A stretch of 64,000 nt of DNA from Hyaloraphidium curvatum SAG 235-1 (taxonomy: Eukaryota > Fungi > Monoblepharomycota), in contig JAIVFI010000036.1 of the NCBI GenBank assembly GCA_025558095.1, positions 248,001 to 312,000 of the forward strand, in the 5' to 3' direction. Positions 60,170 through 64,000 of this stretch are shown in pieces; the first letter of the stretch is position 1, and each line of letters begins with the position of its first letter. Under the pieces are notes generated by a model. That model saw nothing but the letters and a program-made list of their open reading frames with translations. It ran no database searches and was not told the DNA's origin. The translations under genes and the position numbers were made by a program.

Positions 60170-60569
60170 TCAGTACCCGTCGTCATCATCATCGTCGTCA
60201 TCCTCTCCATCTTCCCCGTCATCATCATCATCATCGTCGTCGTCCTGCCTCTTCTCCAGCGCCTTCTTCTCCCCCCCGCACTGCGACCGGTCAGCACCCC
60301 CCGAACGCGCCGCTCGGCAGGCCCACCTCCGCCGCGCAAACACCCCTGCAGCACGTCCCGGCAAGACACTCGAGATCGGCCGCGCAGGCTTCGCCGTGGG
60401 CTGCGTGCGGGGCGGGCGGCGCGTGAGACCGTCTCCCCGCCGTTCGCGACGGGAACGACGCACCCCTGAGCGACCCCACGACGCGCTCCCCCGCCGGCGC
60501 GGCGGACGCGAGCGCGATGAGGAGGGCGAGGACGAGGAGGAGGGGGAGGAGGGTGCGGGGGCGGGGCAT
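60170..60569 (-). CDS. Small secreted Cys-rich protein with a Kex2-type site and a poly-Asp tail
   Basis: MPRPRTLLPLLLVLALLIALASA signal; GEACAADLECLAGTCCRGVC; after an intron, CGGEKKALEKRQDDDDDDDDDGEDGEDDDDDDDDGY*. Confidence 0.65.
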
Positions 60570-61400
60570 GGTTGTGGGTGGGTGGCGGAGGGTGGACGGG
60601 TCCAGCGCGCCAGATGGGGGGGCGCGAAAACGCCGGTGGTTGGGGGGAGGTTCTCGCGGCTACAGTGATCGGTGCGGATTGCCGTGCAAGGAGGTGGATG
60701 TGGTATGCTGGCGGTACGCTGGTGCGGACGGAGGGGCAGCGGAGGGCGGGGTTCGCGTCGGAGGGGGGTTGGTGCCGCGCTCTCCTGGAAGCGCACATCC
60801 GTGCAACCGGCGTTCGCGGGAGCCGGAAGCGGGAGGGGAGGGACGGGAATAGGCTTCTTGGCCGATGGCGGGCCCGGCGCCGGGGGGATGGCGCGTTGAT
60901 CAGCTGTCACGCACCGGGACGGCGGGTCGTTCCGCCCTCTGCCCACGATGCCACGATGCGCACCCTTGGAACTCTGTAAATGCGTTTCACAATGCTGCGG
61001 AGTCTGCGGACGGTTTTGGTGCCTTGGGGGTCTGGGGGACCGGGACGGCCGCAGCAATAGGCGCGAGGGGTCCAGCACGGGCGACCCCCAGTTTGCGGGC
61101 GCCATCCGGGCTTCACGACGCCGCGGACCCGGCGAGTAAGGCATCCAAATCGTACGGTGGAACACGCGGGTTGGTGACAGGTGTTCCGGGGGTCCCGGTG
61201 CGTGCCGGGGTGCCGGATTGAGAGGGGTGCCCATTTCGACTTTTCGGTCGGGCCCCCGCGTTTCCAACTTGCCGTTTCCGAGGTCCCGCGGCAGCCCATC
61301 ACCGCACGCCGCGCGCCGCCCTCGGCGGCCCCGGACGCTCGCAGGCGGTCTGAGGCTTTCTGCGGGTCGCGGAGGGCCCGCCGCGTTGCTTGCGGGAGCG

Positions 61401-63572
61401 ATGGCGCCGCGGCTCGCGGGGCTCGTGCGCTACGTGCTCGGCAACTTTGTGCTGCTCGCGGGCGACGGCCGGCCGGAGCTGCGCGCGCCGCACTCGCCGC
61501 CGCCGTCGCCGACGCGGGGGAGCCCGGCGAGGGGCGGGCTCGCGGGGCACGGGGGGCTCGCCCCGGCAGAGGGGGACGGGCCGCCCGAGTCCGAGGCGGC
61601 CGCCCTCCCGGGGCCCGCCCACCCGCCGGCCGAGGACCCGCAGCCCGCCACGCCGCCGCCGTCGCCGGCACCCGGCGGCCCCGCACGCCCGCGCACGCCG
61701 CCGCCGCCCGCACCCCGCGCGCGCGCCCCCGCCGGAACGCCGCGGCTCGCAGAGTTCCGCGCGCTGCCGTACTTTGTCGCCGCCGCAAAGGACGGCGACC
61801 CGCGCGCGCTGGCCGTGCTCGGCTTCTACTGGGAGCACGGCCTGGCCGGCCTGCCCGTCAGCTTCGCCCGCGCCGAGAAGCTCTACACCCGCGCAGCCGT
61901 CGCCGGCTCGCCCCTGGCGCAGGCCCGCCTCGCCTTCCTCAAGATGTACGGCCGCCCCGGCGTGCCCATCAACCAGGCAGACGCCCGCACCTGGCGCAAG
62001 CGGCTCAGCCGGCGCGGCCGCCGCGCGCTGCACTGGCTCAAGCTCGCCGCGGACGCCGGCATCCCCGCCGCGCAGTTCTGCCTCGCCTCGTGCTTCTACA
62101 ATGCCATCGGCACGCGCAAGGACGACCGCAGGGCCTTCATCTGGGCGGGGAGGGCCGCCGCAAGGGGGCACCCGGGCGCGCAGAACCTCCTGGGCATGCT
62201 CTACGTCGACGGCATCCCGCCGGACGTGCCCGCGGACCCGCAGACGGGGCTCAGATGGTACATTCGGTGAGCAGAGCGTGGCGGTGGGCTGCCCTGGTCC
62301 TGCCGCTGACCCCGCCGTTTCCGCCCTGCGCATTTCGTGCGACCCGTCCTCAGGAGCGCCGACCAGGGCGAGGCCGCCGCCATCTACAACATCGCCACGC
62401 TGTTCGAGCGCGGCGTGGCCGTCGAGGAGGACCCCGCAAAGGCCTTCCGCTTCTACCTGCGCGCCTCCGAGTACGGCTCCATCTCGGCCTCTAACATCGT
62501 CGGGCTCTTCTACGAGCAGGTCGGTCTGCCGGTCCGCCGGTGCGCGTTCGCGATCTTCTTCTCACGCCTTGCCGGTGTAGGGAGTGATCGGCGACGCCCC
62601 CGACCCCGCCCGCGCGGCCGACTTTTACACCCGCGCGGCGGTGCAGGGCCACCCCTTTGCGCAGTACAACGCCGGCCGGTGCCACGTCGAAGGACTGGGG
62701 GTGCCCGCGGACCCGGCGAGAGCGCTGGGGTTCTTTGAGCGGGCGGCGCACCAGAGGCACGTGCTCGCGAGGATGTCGCTGGGTGGGTGTGGCTGTGCAT
62801 GCCCCGGGGGTCCCTCCCCGGCCTCCCCGGCAACCTTCTGACGCCGTTCTTGACGTTTCTAGGAGTGATGTGGGAGGATGGCATAGGGGTGGCGCGTCCG
62901 GACAAGCGCCGTGCGCTGGAGTGGTTCCGCCGCGCGTCCTACCGCGGCTCGCGGGAAGCCCAGCGCCGCCTCAAGCCCGTCTGGGCGTGCCGGGTGCTGG
63001 TCGCCTGCCGCGCGCTCCTGTGCTCCGCGCCGCGCCCCGCGCCCGGTGCCGAGGGCGCGGGGATGTGGAGCCTGCCGTTCGAGATACGCGAGCACGTGGT
63101 CGGCTGGCTCAACTCGGAGTGCGTCCTCGCGAGGGGGGAGATGCGCGCCGCGGTGCGGTACGGCCGCGATCGGGCGACGCTGCTTGCCGCTCCCATCTCT
63201 CCGCCGGCCAACGAGGGCATCGCGAGGCCGATGGGCCGGCTGAGCATCGCCGGCGAGGACGGCGGGACGGGGGTCCCCGCGCGATCGACGCGGAAGCGCA
63301 ACGCGGGCGGCGAGCGCCGCCCCGCGCCGCCTCCCTCGCTCCCCGCCTTTCTCGCCTCGTGCGCGATCAAATCCTACGCGGACCGCCGCGCGTGTTCCTG
63401 CCCCCCCGGGGCGTGCGGCTCGCTGCGGCACGCGATGGCGCGGTACCACGAGCGGGAGGACGAGCCGGCGGAGGAGGAGGAGGAAGAGGGGTACGAGGAG
63501 GTGGCGGGGATCGTGACGGGGGAGGATCCGGCGAGCGAGGACGAGGGGATGAGCGTCGGCGGGGGGGACTAG
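61401..63572 (+). CDS. Sel1-like repeat protein
   Basis: ALAVLGFYWEHG, AQFCLASCFYNAIG, AQNLLGMLYVDG, AIYNIATLFERG, AQYNAGRCHVEGLG, LGVMWEDGIG; three introns; acidic tail. Confidence 0.9.
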
Positions 63573-64000
63573 GTGGGGGCGGGTCCCGGGACTCGAGCGG
63601 GAGCGACGTGCCCGCGGAATCATTCATGCTACAGCTAGCACACAAAGAGGGAAGGATGTAAAGGGCGGTGGAACGGAAGGAATGGGACCGCGGACTCTGT
63701 GATGTTTCGAAAGCGCGCCGCAAGTTTACTCGGGAGGCGCTGCTCCTGCCACGAGGTCCATCGGTTCCACCGGTCCGCCCGCCCATTTCTTCGCCGAGCG
63801 GGGTTCCGAGGTGCTGTCCCTGCTCAGTCCCGATAACTCGTGTTCGCAAGCTGACGAGCGGCGCCGCGCGATGATGACTCCGCCCGGTCCCCAAACAGAA
63901 GTGAATCACAACCCCAACTCCTTGTCATGACGGACACCACTCCCCGCACCGCGTCCCGCTTCGGCTCGCTCGCTCATTATGTCATCACCGGCGGGGCCTC

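Overview
A very GC-rich, gene-dense eukaryotic window with many short (mostly ~35-75 nt) GT-AG introns and CTRAC-type branch points. The gene content points to an early-diverging (zoosporic-type) fungus; this is an inference, and a monoblepharidomycete such as Hyaloraphidium is only a guess. About 30 protein genes can be reconstructed by splicing. Housekeeping genes: Chz1-like histone chaperone, cytosolic Hsp70, Utp8/NOL11-like, Trf4-like poly(A) polymerase, SF3B4/Hsh49, a CS-domain USP, asparagine synthetase, TSPO, FNT channel, acyl-CoA ligase and a Sel1-repeat protein. Expanded accessory families: three F-box/LRR-like, three MYND-finger, two tandem SDRs and two tandem secreted LRR proteins. 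RNA genes: two intron-containing tRNA-Thr genes and an intronic double-guide box C/D snoRNA. The most striking object is a ~1,248-aa gene (31773-35688, minus strand) that fuses a secreted DD3-3-like ectodomain and a single TM helix to a complete NOX-type NADPH oxidase. This is a DUOX-like architecture with a different ectodomain and no visible EF-hands. Also notable: each tRNA-Thr gene has a convergent, 5'-truncated inverted copy of itself plus its flank (one pair brackets 6.2 kb of genes, the other forms a ~770-bp foldback); a ~20-bp-period motif array; a 3D-domain (lytic-transglycosylase-like) secreted protein; and patchwork identity between tandem paralogs. All family assignments come from motif recognition by eye; no database searches were run.
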